DNA from: Klebsormidium nitens
Lineage: Eukaryota > Plantae > Klebsormidiophyceae
Length of the DNA stretch: 64,000 nt
NCBI GenBank assembly: GCA_000708835.1
Contig: DF237128.1
Location: 62,001-126,000 of the forward strand
Direction: 5' to 3'
In this document: positions 39,600 through 51,700 of the stretch, in pieces
How positions within the stretch are numbered: position 1 is the stretch's first letter
Layout: every line of letters starts with the position of its first letter
The notes under the pieces: model-generated
Seen by the model: the letters and a program-made list of their open reading frames with translations, nothing else
Told to the model about the DNA's origin: nothing
Database searches by the model: none
Translations under genes and position numbers: made by a program

Positions 39600-40515
39600 C
39601 ATAGGTAGGTAGTACATACCGCATACAGGCAGGCCGAATGCGCAGGCGGAGGTGTACAGGTACCGTATGCAGGCGGAGGTACCGTACCTGCAGCACTTCG
39701 AGCAAAAGATCAGTTTTCCACGTTGGATTCTTGTCGTCCACGTCAGATTTGCACCAAGGTAAGCAACCGGGAACCGGGTGGGGTTTATTGTTGGGTTTAA
39801 TCAAGGGTAGGAACGGGTTCGGAGCGCGTGCATGATTTGTGGTCAAGGTGTTACTTGAGGTGCCCGGGGGAATCTGGATTTTTGACTAGATCTAGACTGC
39901 GCTGCATGAGATGTGTACCGTACCAGGTAGGTACCTACGGAAGTACGGTATGTAGGTACTCGTGTCTTCTGAATCCAGGTCCGGTGGGCAACGGTGGTTA
40001 CCAGTACCTATGATGTAGGTACCTGACTACGGTACTAATGAACGGTACGCAGGTTCTGCCTGAGTAAGGTACAGACCGGATATGGGTATGTATGTACTTT
40101 GTTAACCATTCTGCTGGCAACATCGAACGGTTCAGATTGCAGGGCGAATTTCTCAACGGTTCGATATGCATCGGGTCAGGAGTCAGGACCTGCAGTTCAA
40201 TGAACCAAGCTCCAACTTGAACAGCTTGGTTCAACTGGGTACCTAGGTACGTAGTTTAGCGGTATGTGTACCGACTACCGTATACTGTACCAGCACTGCG
40301 GCCGGCCTGCATGCCTAGCTACCTACCGTAGGTAGGTAGATGCATTGTGCAATGCTGCAATCAAACCACTAGGTACCGTCTACGGTACTCGATATGTACG
40401 ATAGGACACCGTACTGGACGTAGGGTTGGGTATAGTCTATAGGTAGGTACATGCAAGTGTACCGGTAACTCGGGTCACGTGGTTCACGTGGTGCACGTGT
40501 TAGACATGTACCTCA
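39600..40515. repeat. GTAC/GGTAG-rich low-complexity tract
   Basis: Roughly 25 or more GTAC tetramers by hand count in about 0.9 kb, plus (aggt)n runs. Confidence 0.8.
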
Positions 40516-40519
40516 CGTG
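40476..40519. promoter_or_regulatory. Cluster of four G-boxes (CACGTG), ABRE-like
   Basis: CACGTG at 40476, 40485, 40494 and 40514; three are followed by G (ACGTGG). Function inferred only. Confidence 0.5.
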
Positions 40520-41538
40520 GACCGTGCTCTTATCAAGCCTTGAGCATTGAAGAGATCCAACACATGCTTTTCACCCGCTTCTCAATCCGATTCGTGAACG
40601 TTTTGGTGCAAATAGGACCTAAACCATCGTGGAACGAGCGTGGAACCCCTTGGCATCGACGGGTCCTAAACCAGTCGTTGTGTTTAGGACTTTTTAAAAT
40701 TGCTGCTCTGCTGAGCCTCTTGTGTGCCTTACTGTGGGACCGTGACCACCGCTTTCGGTTGAAGCAGTGACAACCAGACAACACGGTCTCGATAGCGGGG
40801 GCCAGTGCCCGGCCAGTGCTTGTTTGAAAATATTCATTACATGTAGCATAAGAACACAAACGGATTTCAAGTTGGCCCCTCAGTTTCTTAGTCGAATAGT
40901 GCAAATGCAAGTCTACGAGGACGGTTGTGCCGGGTTTCTGAAGGGGTCCCCAATTAAATGTCGAGATACCGCTTATACGACGTGTACGAGTCCGCGCACG
41001 CGCTGGCCGGGAATTGATATGAGTGTACCTGCACACGCGACTCCATGAATTTGCATATCATATCTATACGCATGGGCTAATTGAGCGTTGGGTATACACA
41101 AAGAAAAAACTCAATGTGCCGCGCTGTGCCTCCAGCCCATGAACACATCGGAGAAACCGGAGAAACTATGTGGGAGAATCGGCTCTACGCGCTTTACATG
41201 CGAATTAATTTGGCATGCTCTAACGCAATTGTCACGGACACATTCAAGCGTCCGACTTACGATAGTCATATGAAGGAATGTTGCCTACTAAGAAACGCAT
41301 CGCGCAAGAATTGTGTGATACGTTTCAACCTGCCTTTGATCCTTGATGTCTACATTGATGTTAGAAATAACTTCTCAAAATAGACAATCCGCCTATGCTT
41401 GGACTGCATCACTGATAACCTCAATGACTTAATTGCCAAACTTCTGAAGTTGTTTCAAGGGTTTGTGACTAGTAAGCTAGTACACCTTGTCCAAAGCTAG
41501 CAGCTTTGACACGTTGCACCATGTGCGCAACGTTTCAC

Positions 41539-43744
41539 CTCGAAAATCAGATCTTCGTCTCCTTCGCTGCTGGCATAATCAATCAGTATCCGAACACCCT
41601 GTAGAAGGACCAATGGATCTGATGAGAAGGGACCTACGACGATAAGTGCTTTGCGCTTTGCGGTGGATTCGAAGATCCCCCGTAAGCCATGATGAGTAGT
41701 TTGGACGTCATGCGCACATACAAGCGTCATTCGCTTCAATTGGGACCCAAACCGCATGCCAACGATAGCATGAAGAAGAAAGGAGTACGTTTATATCATC
41801 TCTGGGAGAGTGACATTTGCACCAGCCTTGCACGGCGTCATCCGCCAGGTTTTAGGGTAGCCCTCCGAGTTGCATCCAATTTGGCATCAGTTTAACGGGT
41901 TTTCGGGTTTTCTATCTCCCTGTGATTTCCATCGCCCAAATCTCTTGAAAATGATGCTTTTTGTCAAGCACGTTTGACGACAAAAATAATGATTGCTCTT
42001 AGTACGTGGTATCTTGACAATCACAAGGACAAACCTTGATCTCAAAACCTTGTCACGCATCATTTTTGATGCATACTTGTGTCCGATGCACACAAGATCG
42101 GAAAGAGCTTCGTTTGTGTGGTCAACTTCATCGGAGTACCATGTCGATCAAAAAAAAAAACCAAATCAAAGGGTCCAAAGGTCGAGATGGCAGTTACCTT
42201 GTTCACATCAGGCAGCTTGTAAGCAGCGATAACTGTGCTGAGGTAGGCCTCGTGCTACATAAGGGAACAAAACAAAAGTGAATGGTCTTTGACGAGGCTT
42301 GTGATTCATAACCTATGAGTCAACGATCCAGCTGAATCAGCATATTGCCAACGAGCTCGCATGATAGAAAGGGATTGAAAGCTACACGTAACATTCTTCC
42401 CGGCAAACCATGTTGTGCCCTCAGTTCAGCGTCTCAAGGAGGTATATCGCAAGGCCTAATATTACAAAAAGTTCTGTCTGTCCAATGGCTTTTCAAAGCG
42501 ACTCGTTATCAAAACTCGTCATAAGTGTTGCGACTTACTGCCTGCTCAATGGTGAACCGTTTTGCTGACTTGTCCTTCTTGCTGCACTGGATGCAACGAA
42601 TCTGAAACAAAAGCAAACAGGAGGGAGTGCAACCTGTCATGAGTTGCTGCACGGTCGTTAAACAGCCCTTAAACAGCACCGTACAGCGCCATATGTTTGA
42701 ATCCTGAAGGGCACTGGAAGACCTCAAAGTTGGAAGCATCTCTCTCCAAGCTTCAAACGTAATCTACACAAAGGGCCCTGACTGGAAGCCCGCCGGAATC
42801 AGTTGATAACAAAAACATGAGTCACGCCAACATTTGTGCTCAACCGCGCTGCAAATCAGGCTTGCTACATCCCTCACCTTCTTGAAGATAGCTTCATCAT
42901 TTCCTTCATTTTTTGCATAAGATAGAAGGACCCGGAGTGCTTTGCCTGCAAAGCACATCCACGATTGCCACAGAAAAGATCAAGTTGGGGCTACTCTTAA
43001 TAAAAGTTGACTTGTTGCAGGTAGACGCCAGAAAAGGGCGCCATCTTCATGCCACATCAGACAAGACGGTTGTTGAGCAGCAGGACAACGTGGGATCTAG
43101 GGATGCTTTGGAAAACAAGTCAGCGGACGGTTGACTCTGCTTCACTTTTGGATGCTATGCAAGTGCATAGTTACTCAGCTCACCATCATCCGGCAAGTTA
43201 TGCTTTTGCGCCATGTCTCTTAGCCACTCAAAGTGGTCCTTCTCAAGTACTAGCTTTACATCCTTCTTGCTCTTTCCTTGCTTGCTCGCTGTATTTGCGC
43301 CAGACTGTTTTGAACGGAGAAGGAAAGGCTTTAAAGAAGGCTTTCAAAAGATTTCTGGTCTATCTTGAAGACCGCACCGATTTGACACAAAGATTTGCAG
43401 AATGATGACACTGCATGATTGGGGCACATTATACAGACAATTTGCTAAACCGTGATCAATCATATCAGAAACCTGAGCAGATCAGCCAAAGCCTCATGGA
43501 AATCCACGCGCGACCTGCAGAACCATTCACATTAACAATAGAATTGCAAGTAGATTGCATTCCAGAAAGCTCTTAGGCTAGCAGCTCCGCTACACTGAAA
43601 GCCACCAACAAGCTCATGGGAAGGCGGCAAGGTCGCAGTGAGTTGACTGCTTACTTCTTTTTTCCTGTTTCGCTCCATGAGTATGTAGGTGCCTATTGCT
43701 GCTGTAAGGAGCGCGGAAGCATATAGCAGGTGGCGGTCCTCCAT
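41539..43744 (-). CDS. Tentative small membrane-anchored orphan protein; exons 43744-43655, 43359-43260, 42945-42878, 42601-42539, 41598-41539, last exon unresolved
   Basis: Phase-consistent chain of GT/AG exons, though the exon 2 acceptor is weak. N-terminal TM LLYASALLTAAIGTYILM. Two similar exons, LRVLLSYAKNEGNDEAIF and VRILIDYASSEGDEDLIF. Confidence 0.45.
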
Positions 43745-44001
43745 GATGTTGCCCGCATCGCCCAGTTGCCACCAGCAGGCAGTGTTTTTCTGAGGTAAAC
43801 CACCCGTCAACCTGGGTCCTCTCGTTGCTCACTCACTGGCAAAATGCAGCGTTTACAAGACTCAGAGGCATTGGCCCTCCACGCTGCCTCACTGGATAGC
43901 TAGTAGGTACCTGAAGCGATCTAGCCAAACTGAAGGCTCAGAACCAGAGCTGCACAACTTTGCGAATTCATACCGGTATTGAAGGATTCAGGCCTGCTTG
44001 A

Positions 44002-44357
44002 TAGCATGGTCACATCTACGCGTTTTGGAGTCCTGACGGTGAAATTTGGAGCTTTCTCGGTACCAAGCTCTCGATTTGATCGATGTTCGGTACCGAGAAA
44101 CACACCCGACCCTAAACGCTGGGACTCCGCAAAAGTTCGGTACCGAGGTTTCGGTAGCTAGAGCTTCCGAAAAGACCCGTGCGTAGACTGGTACAATGAT
44201 TACTATCCCGGATATCACGGGAGCTTTCAATGTTCCCTCCTCGCTACCGAACTTCCAAAACTTGGTAGATGTGACCGGTAAGGCATTCTCGGTACCGTGA
44301 ATTTGTTTGGCGCAATTCCCAAACTTTTTCCAAAGCTCAGATGTTGTGACCATGCTA
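44002..44357. mobile_element. MITE-like non-autonomous DNA transposon (about 356 bp)
   Basis: Terminal inverted repeats TAGCATGGTCACA (44002-44014) / TGTGACCATGCTA (44345-44357). TGA on both flanks (possible 3-bp TSD; a TA TSD is an alternative reading). Internal TCGGTACC at 44057, 44087, 44137 and 44289. Partial inner TIR copy at 44265-44276. Confidence 0.65.
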
Positions 44358-45745
44358 TGAAGTTGAAAGTAGGTCTACAGGCTAGGTAATAGATACGTTT
44401 TAACTTCCATCGCTGCGATGCCGGGACGGCCGGCGAGTTGGAGAAACGGCACCCAGCCTTTGTGATGATCCAGGGAAAACCAAGCTGGACGTTATAGAAA
44501 ACGGCGAGCACCGTCTGTATACGAGTAATTAAAAGATTAAAATGTACGGTTAAATTGCTTGGTACAAAACAGGCCGGTGCAAAGCAGCAAGCTGCACAGC
44601 TGTCAACGTGCTGATCAATCAACAAGCGATGGCGGATCAGCGTCCCATTGGCGTCGACTCTGACCTTCTTCCTTAATCCGTTCTACTACTACTAGTACTA
44701 GTACTACTGCTGCCTTACCGTACTAGGAAAAGTCGGCTTGGCTGTCTTTGGTAGATGTTTAAAGGCTCTGCACAAGGGCTTTTGATCTCTTGATTCAATG
44801 AGTGGCATAGGCAGCGAAATGAGGCCCTTTGAATGTCCTCACCCATTACAGTTCGTCTCTTTGTCAACCAGAAGTTGCTGGCAGTCCCTCCGTGGACACT
44901 TCGCGAGCTTGCATGTGCAAGCATTCGATGGGTTCTTCAGAGTGAAGGATCGGTGGGTATACTGGCGGACGGTTGAGAAACCGGCCTGCAGATTCTGCTG
45001 AAGAAGTTCGACATCTGTAGCAGGGACTGTTGTTGAAACGTTAATTGCGCCTGAGTGGCTACCTTTGCATTGACCCCCTGTAACTCGTAGGCGTGATTAA
45101 CTTATGCATTGACTTCTGCATCACAATGTTGGCCCTGAACGATTTCTCTCCCAAAATCCTGGAGTAGTAGAGCCAAGCTGCCAGCTTTGTGTCATAGAGT
45201 GGCTGCCAAGGAAGTTTGTCACTGTATCATCTTAAGCTTGCTTGACTCACCTTGGGGGCCCTGAAATAAGCTTTTGAACACTGACGTCCATCCTCAAGTG
45301 TTTCAAGGTCACAACTTTCACATCAGACCTACAAACTTCCTTTTCAAGCTGACTGTAATGCAAGTGGGGAATGCTTTGAATGAAATTGGACTTTGTTTGC
45401 ATGCAGGTTCAAAGACGCTCTTGAGGCTTGGGCAACACGGGGCACGGGGAAAAGGCACAGATTGTCTCTTAGTATCGTCTTGACCTTTAGGGTCTGAGTT
45501 TCTTAAAAGGGGTGGGATGGGAGGGTAAGGGGAGATGATGATGGCGCCTGGCCCTGAAGTTGGTGCTGGGAGGGCCAGCTGGGAGCGCTTTGCTTGAAGA
45601 GAGTTGCTAATACTGGACTGTACAGTAGACGTCAAGGATCGCACATCAGTAGTCTGGAGCTGAGCCCTGCCCCTTGGCGCTGGCCCCTCAATACCCGTTG
45701 ATCGCAAGTTTAGCTAGAATCTTGTACTCAAATGCTATCAGTGGC

Positions 45746-48700
45746 ATGGCTTCTGAAAGAGAGCCCCTGGCTGAAACAGTTGGGCCTGTATTGAGGGATC
45801 ATCCTGTCAATCCGTGTGTAGCAGAGGCTGCCATAGTACCCCAGTCTCGCCCGCTTGGCTTCCTGGAAGACCACAGAACTGCAGGACCCACACGCCCATA
45901 CCCTCTGGGGGAAAGGTTTTACGGCCCCCCGCTGCTCTCCAGAATGAACTCCCCAGCAAGTATGGAAGCTGTAGGGGGGGTGGCTCAAGCGGCGACAGCG
46001 GGCCCTGAAACAGACCTGGTGAAAGGTCCTGCCAGCCCCCAGCCGGAGGTGCGTAGGCGGAAGTTCAAGCGGGCGCGTGTTGTGAAAGATATCAAGACAG
46101 TAGAGGTAGGGCCAGCTGGCAAGCAGGAGCAGGAGAACCCGTTGGAGAACGAGAGGGCAAAGATGAGCGCGAGTGTGCGGCGCTTTGTGGCGCGTGTGCA
46201 GGATGTCCAAGGTGGGTGGCATCTCCTGCTTGTGTTGCACCCCAGTACTTCGCTAAACTTGAGCAGCTTTGAGAGCCTTCCAGAGATGCAACAGTGCTGT
46301 GGCAGTTGACGGCTGAGTGTCTGCGTCAGTTCACAAGTCTGCTTCATGCACGAGGTACGAAGCCTCAAGGTAGGGGAGAAGGGGTTTTGAGGTTCCTGGT
46401 TGGCTACTCGGGCTCTGGTAAGCGTTGACGTTTCCTGGCTGGACGAAGCTTAGACAATACAGAGCCAACAGAGGTTGCTTTCTGATTGCAGGTGACCGAA
46501 AGTTCTCAGAGTGGAAGGGGTCAGTGGTGGACTCGATTGTGGGGACGTTCCTGACACAGAATGTGTCCGATCACCTGTCCAGGCAAAGCCTTTTCTCGAA
46601 TCCTTGAAGTATGTTACTAATTTGAACGTGCTCTGATTCGTGGTAGAAGTACAACAAAGTGAAAGGCCTTCAGTCGGCTGCCAAAGAGCTGCGTCGTTGC
46701 ATACAGGTAACTCCAAGGAAAATAAGGACTTTGGGTTCCCTTTCCAGCTTTATGTAGCTTAGTTCTGAAAAGCAGATGCCTTCTTCCTGTTACCCAATCA
46801 GGCTGGTTATTATCCAGTACAAGAGATGTCTCTCGTTTCGAAGTGAACAATCCTTGGTGCTCTATCATCAACATGTTGCGCGTGCAATGACGTGATTTCT
46901 CTTTATCCATCTTCTGACTACGTTGCCTAGCTCTGTTGCGGTGGTCCCCCTTCGCGTGACTGCTGACCAGGTTGTCGTCAATGCTTTCGGTGTCAGCCGA
47001 CAGAGGGTTCAGCCCAGGCTTTTCTCCCTTGCAGTTCCGCTTACATGAATATTGCTGCACGCTGGCCAGTGTCTTCGGAGCAGCCCAGCGTCCACGATGG
47101 TTCTAAGGGGTCACCCCAGGGCGTCTGGGAACTTCGACCAGAAGCGGGCAGTGCTTTTGACGAAGTTCAAGGGGTTTCAAATCCGCAGCCAGCTGTTGAC
47201 GCTGAGAGCGCGGGCGTTGCAGCTAGGCGAGCGGGGAATTCTGCCAGCCCTTTCGACGCTCTCTTCTCTCGTTGTCTTTTAGAAAGCGTTGGGGCTCCGG
47301 AGCCGTCAGCTCGCATTGCGGACGGGGCAGCGACGGTCACTCCGGCTTTGCATAATCAGAACGAGAAGCGGGACTTTTTTGAGCTCCGCACAGCTGGGAA
47401 TGACGGGTCTTGGCAAGGGCGGTCGGGGGAAGAGTCGGGCTCGGAGCCTCAGGTTTGGAACATCGAAGAAGCAGGGGGAGTCATGGTGACGGGCTTGCCC
47501 GTCGGATCCTCGTTTGGGCGAGGCACGTGTAATCCTGAGGACGTGCCACGTGGCAGAAAGCGGCTGCCCGTCTATGAGGACGGCGTCGATTGGGAGGGCG
47601 TCCGGGCGGCAAGCTTGGAGGACGTTGCGGACACAATCAAGGAGCGGGGCATGCACGTGATGCTGGCGCAGCGGTGAGTTGAACGAAGGAGGCAGAGCAA
47701 GTTTGACACGAAGTTGGATACAATGTGTTCAAGGAGGAGAACTGATCGGACGAGGCAGCTCCCACCGACGTGCCTCGTCGACCACTGAACGAATCGGTAA
47801 TTGGAAACTTGTGGGGAAAAGTCGTGTCTTTGACCATCTTTCTGCTTCCCATATTCAGGTTCGTTTTCTGATCAGGGAATGGTTGTGTAAGATACTTCGC
47901 GCAAGTACCTAGACTCAAAATGGCCCGCCTTTACTCGAGTACACCCTCTTCAGCCAGACAGCCAAGAGCCTTTTAACCCGCCCCATCCCTCTCGTGCAGG
48001 ATCAAATCGTTCCTGGACAAGGCAAAGGCCGAGCACGGCTGCCTCGATCTGGAGTGGCTGCGCGAGCGGCCGGCCGCGGAGGCGCGCGAGTACCTCAACG
48101 GCCTGCACGGCCTAGGCATTAAGAGCACCGAGTGCATCCTGTTGCTCTGCTTGCACAAGCCCGCCTTCCCGGTGAGCCGGCCGTCGTTACCTTCGCTTTC
48201 TTTGTGGTGCTCTGAGGAAACAATACGAGTCCAAAAGGTTGAGAGGGTTGTCATCGCCTAAGTTGCTGCTTCTTTTCCGCTTTGGTCTTTAGCGAGCGTG
48301 GTCGATTGCGGAACGAGCGTCGACATGAATTCTCAAGGGACGCAAAACCTCACGCTGTCTCTGTTCTCGCATACCCTTGCTGCCACATTCACTAAACCAG
48401 CACGAGCTCTTTCAACCATCCTTATCCTACTTCTCCGACGAACAAAGATGCATAGTCTCCGGATGATTCATCTGCTAGTCCTCTTACCGCCCGACAACAC
48501 GAGCCAAAGCGCTTTTCTTTCCGGTTGATCCTCGCTTCTGGTCCGCTCTAAGGCTGGCGCTGAGCGTGCCCTTTCCCGTATGCAGGTGGACACCAACGTG
48601 GGCCGCATCTGCGTGCGCCTGGGGTGGGTCCCCTTGGAGCCCCTCGACGAGGAGCTGCAGCTGCACCTGCTAGACCAGTGAGTGCCCGGGTGCCCCCCCC

Positions 48701-51700
48701 GGGCAGTCTGCCAAGTCCCAGCTTCTCAACAGAGCCAGGTATTTTTTGAAGTACGGCTCCAAGTCCCTGCTACTCTCGAGCGCGTCCGGCCTCAATCAGG
48801 GACAACTGATCCAATTGCTTGCTTGTCATTTGTGAGAAGCACAAACCTCGATGTGTCTCTCCCTGTGCTTTTTGGCGAAAGGTGGATCTTTGTGGAGGTA
48901 CATGGACCTAGGTCCTAGTTGCTTTCGATCATTCCATTTAGTCATTGGGCATGACGAGTCACTTTTGCTAAGCGGACAGCCCTGACAATCAACAAAAGTA
49001 CGCAGCAGAGAGGTGCAGTCCGGGCGATTGTCCGTCCACCCTTCTTGGATCTTATGCTCGCGGGTCTTGAGCAGGTACCCCATCCAGCAGCGGCTGCAGG
49101 AGTACCTGTGGCGGCGGCTGAGCCACCTAGATCAGCGGGAACTCTACGAGCTGCACTACCAGCTCATCACCTTCGGCAAGGTGGGAGCCGCCACGTGGCA
49201 ACAGCCCACAAGCAGGGTACCCGTCCCAGCCACGAAAAGGTTGTTTGCACGTTGAAGGCAGGATTGTCCTGGAGCTGCGTTTGGGAACAGATCGGAGAGA
49301 GACGTTTTCTGACAGCTGTCATCCCGTTGCATTCTTGTTCTTAGGTGTTTTGCACGAAGCGGCAGCCCAACTGTTTGGCGTGCCCCATGCGAGATGAGTG
49401 CAAGCACTATGCGAGCGCCAAGGCCCACAAGTGCGTGCCCTGACCCAGCTCCTATTATGTTCTGCCAGCATTTTTAAGCTGCAGCACCACGGACGTCTGA
49501 TGCGTTTGAGGCATCAACAGTTGAAAGCCTTCGACCGGCTTTTTCGAGCACTTTCGTCGAAGTAGGTCACTTGACAGGAGGCTAGCAGCTCTTGAAGACG
49601 GCAGAGCCGTGCTCTTGAAGATCCGTCATCAAGTCTCCAAAACGGGGGAAATAGATTGCTCTTACCTCGGCCAAACAATCTGCTGCTTATCCTCATGACC
49701 ATCTGTTGACCCCTCCTGTTGATGGATGCACAGGTTTTCGGCTGCTGTAAGCCTTCAGACCTGACGCCTTGTTTCCCTGTTTGGCAGGGAGCAAAAGCTG
49801 GCGCTGCCAGAAGCCAGCCCGCTTCCCGACCCGCGCACCCCGCCGCCAGTTTCCCCAAGCCCGTCCGCGCCCTCCCCTCCACCTCTTAAGAATCTCAAGG
49901 CACCGACACCGAGATTCCAACCACACGGACTGGACAGACCACAATTTCCCACCCTGCAGCCAACGGAGCTCAGTCCACAGAAAGGCTACGAGCCCCATAA
50001 CGTTGGCGAAGCAAGCGGGGAAGACGATCTCAGCCGCAACTGGGCCGTGCTGAGAGCAACCGGGGGCAGCCACCGGGCGTGGTACACGGAAGTCCGGGAC
50101 ACCGGGGCTCGGTTCCGACNNNNNNNNNNNNNNNNNNNNNNNNNNNNNNNNNNNNNNNNNNNNNNNNNNNNNNNNNNNNNNNNNNNNNNNNNNNNNNNNN
50201 NNNNNNNNNNNNNNNNNNNNNNNNNNNNNNNNNNNNNNNNNNNNNNNNNNNNNNNNNNNNNNNNNNNNNNNNNNNNNNNNNNNNNNNNNNNNNNNNNNNN
50301 NNNNNNNNNNNNNNNNNNNNNNNNNNNNNNNNNNNNNNNNNNNNNNNNNNNNNNNNNNNNNNNNNNNNNNNNNNNNNNNNNNNNNNNNNNNNNNNNNNNN
50401 NNNNNNNNNNNNNNNNNNNNNNNNNNNNNNNNNNNNNNNNNNNNNNNNNNNNNNNNNNNNNNNNNNNNNNNNNNNNNNNNNNNNNNNNNNNNNNNNNNNN
50501 NNNNNNNNNNNNNNNNNNNNNNNNNNNNNNNNNNNNNNNNNNNNNNNNNNNNNNNNNNNNNNNNNNNNNNNNNNNNNNNNNNNNNNNNNNNNNNNNNNNN
50601 NNNNNNNNNNGCCCGGACAAACGTCGGTCGGCAGCCTAGCGGCACCAGTCAGCGGTTTCGGAGAGGGAGATGCACGCACGGGGGCGCGCCAGTGCCCACA
50701 AGACTCCACCTCAGAACAGGGGTTGGCGCTCCTGAAGAAACTTCGTGAGATGGAGCCTGCGGTCTCGGCGTCGAGCCGGCTCCAGGCGAGAATCGTCCCA
50801 GATCCCGCAATTCTGGCCTTTGCATCCAACCTCCCCCCGCCCAAGCCGGCCAATATGTCGGGTGGAGAGCCTCCGGCGGGACCCGAGAAAGTGCCTTCTT
50901 TGAGGCCCTCCTTACGGGCACCGGCAGCCCCTCACCTACTGCCCCCGCTCGACAAACCGTCAAGCTTGCAGCTTTCTCAGGCAGGGAACCGCCTGGCCGA
51001 TCTGCCCCGCTCGTTGACCACAGCCACAGTACGGGAGACTGCTCCACATACAGTGGTCGCCGCCGAGTTGCAACCTCGTCAGCTCAACAGCCCAGGAAAG
51101 ATTCGTCAAGAGGAACGACCAGCGCTCACCGACCGCCCTGGTGCGGGCAGCCCCGGGAGCCATCTGGACAGCCCAGCTGTAGCGCACGCGCTGAGCAGAC
51201 CTGTTGCGTGTGCAAAACCCAGCGGAGTTTCGCCACGCAGTGCTGCAGCGAGCGGCGGACCGTCGATTGACCGCCCGACAGGCCTCAAACGGTTTGCGGA
51301 TCTTTCCATGGGCGCACAGCGGGCCCTCGTTGAGTTGGCGGTTGCGCTCTCGCAGCGTCAAGCCGTCGGCTTTTCTCCGCGCCTCAGTCCCCCCCCCTTG
51401 CCAGTCCCGATCGCCCCTACTTCGCCTCAGCCACAAACTCCCGGCAAAGGTCGCGGGCCAGCGCATGCGCAGGCCCTAGAAGGTCTCAAACGGGTCTGGA
51501 GCGCCCGTCTGACGGAGTTAGAAAAGGCGCCACTCCACAATGGCTCCGGGGGAACTGCTGTCAAAAACGCTTCGCCCAAATTGTCCGCTTTCAACGTCCC
51601 ACCAACCTCTTCCTCAAAGTCCAACTCAGTCAGTAAGATGACCCTGGAACAATCTACCGGGCAGGGACTTGCGAGTCCGTCCTTTTCGAGGGCGATCGTC

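Noticed and set aside
40533-41383. ORFs of 76-167 aa on both strands
   Set aside because: No recognisable domain, transposase or RT motif, and no convincing splice chain
49693-50853. Long ORFs containing X residues
   Set aside because: Artefacts of translating through the N gap
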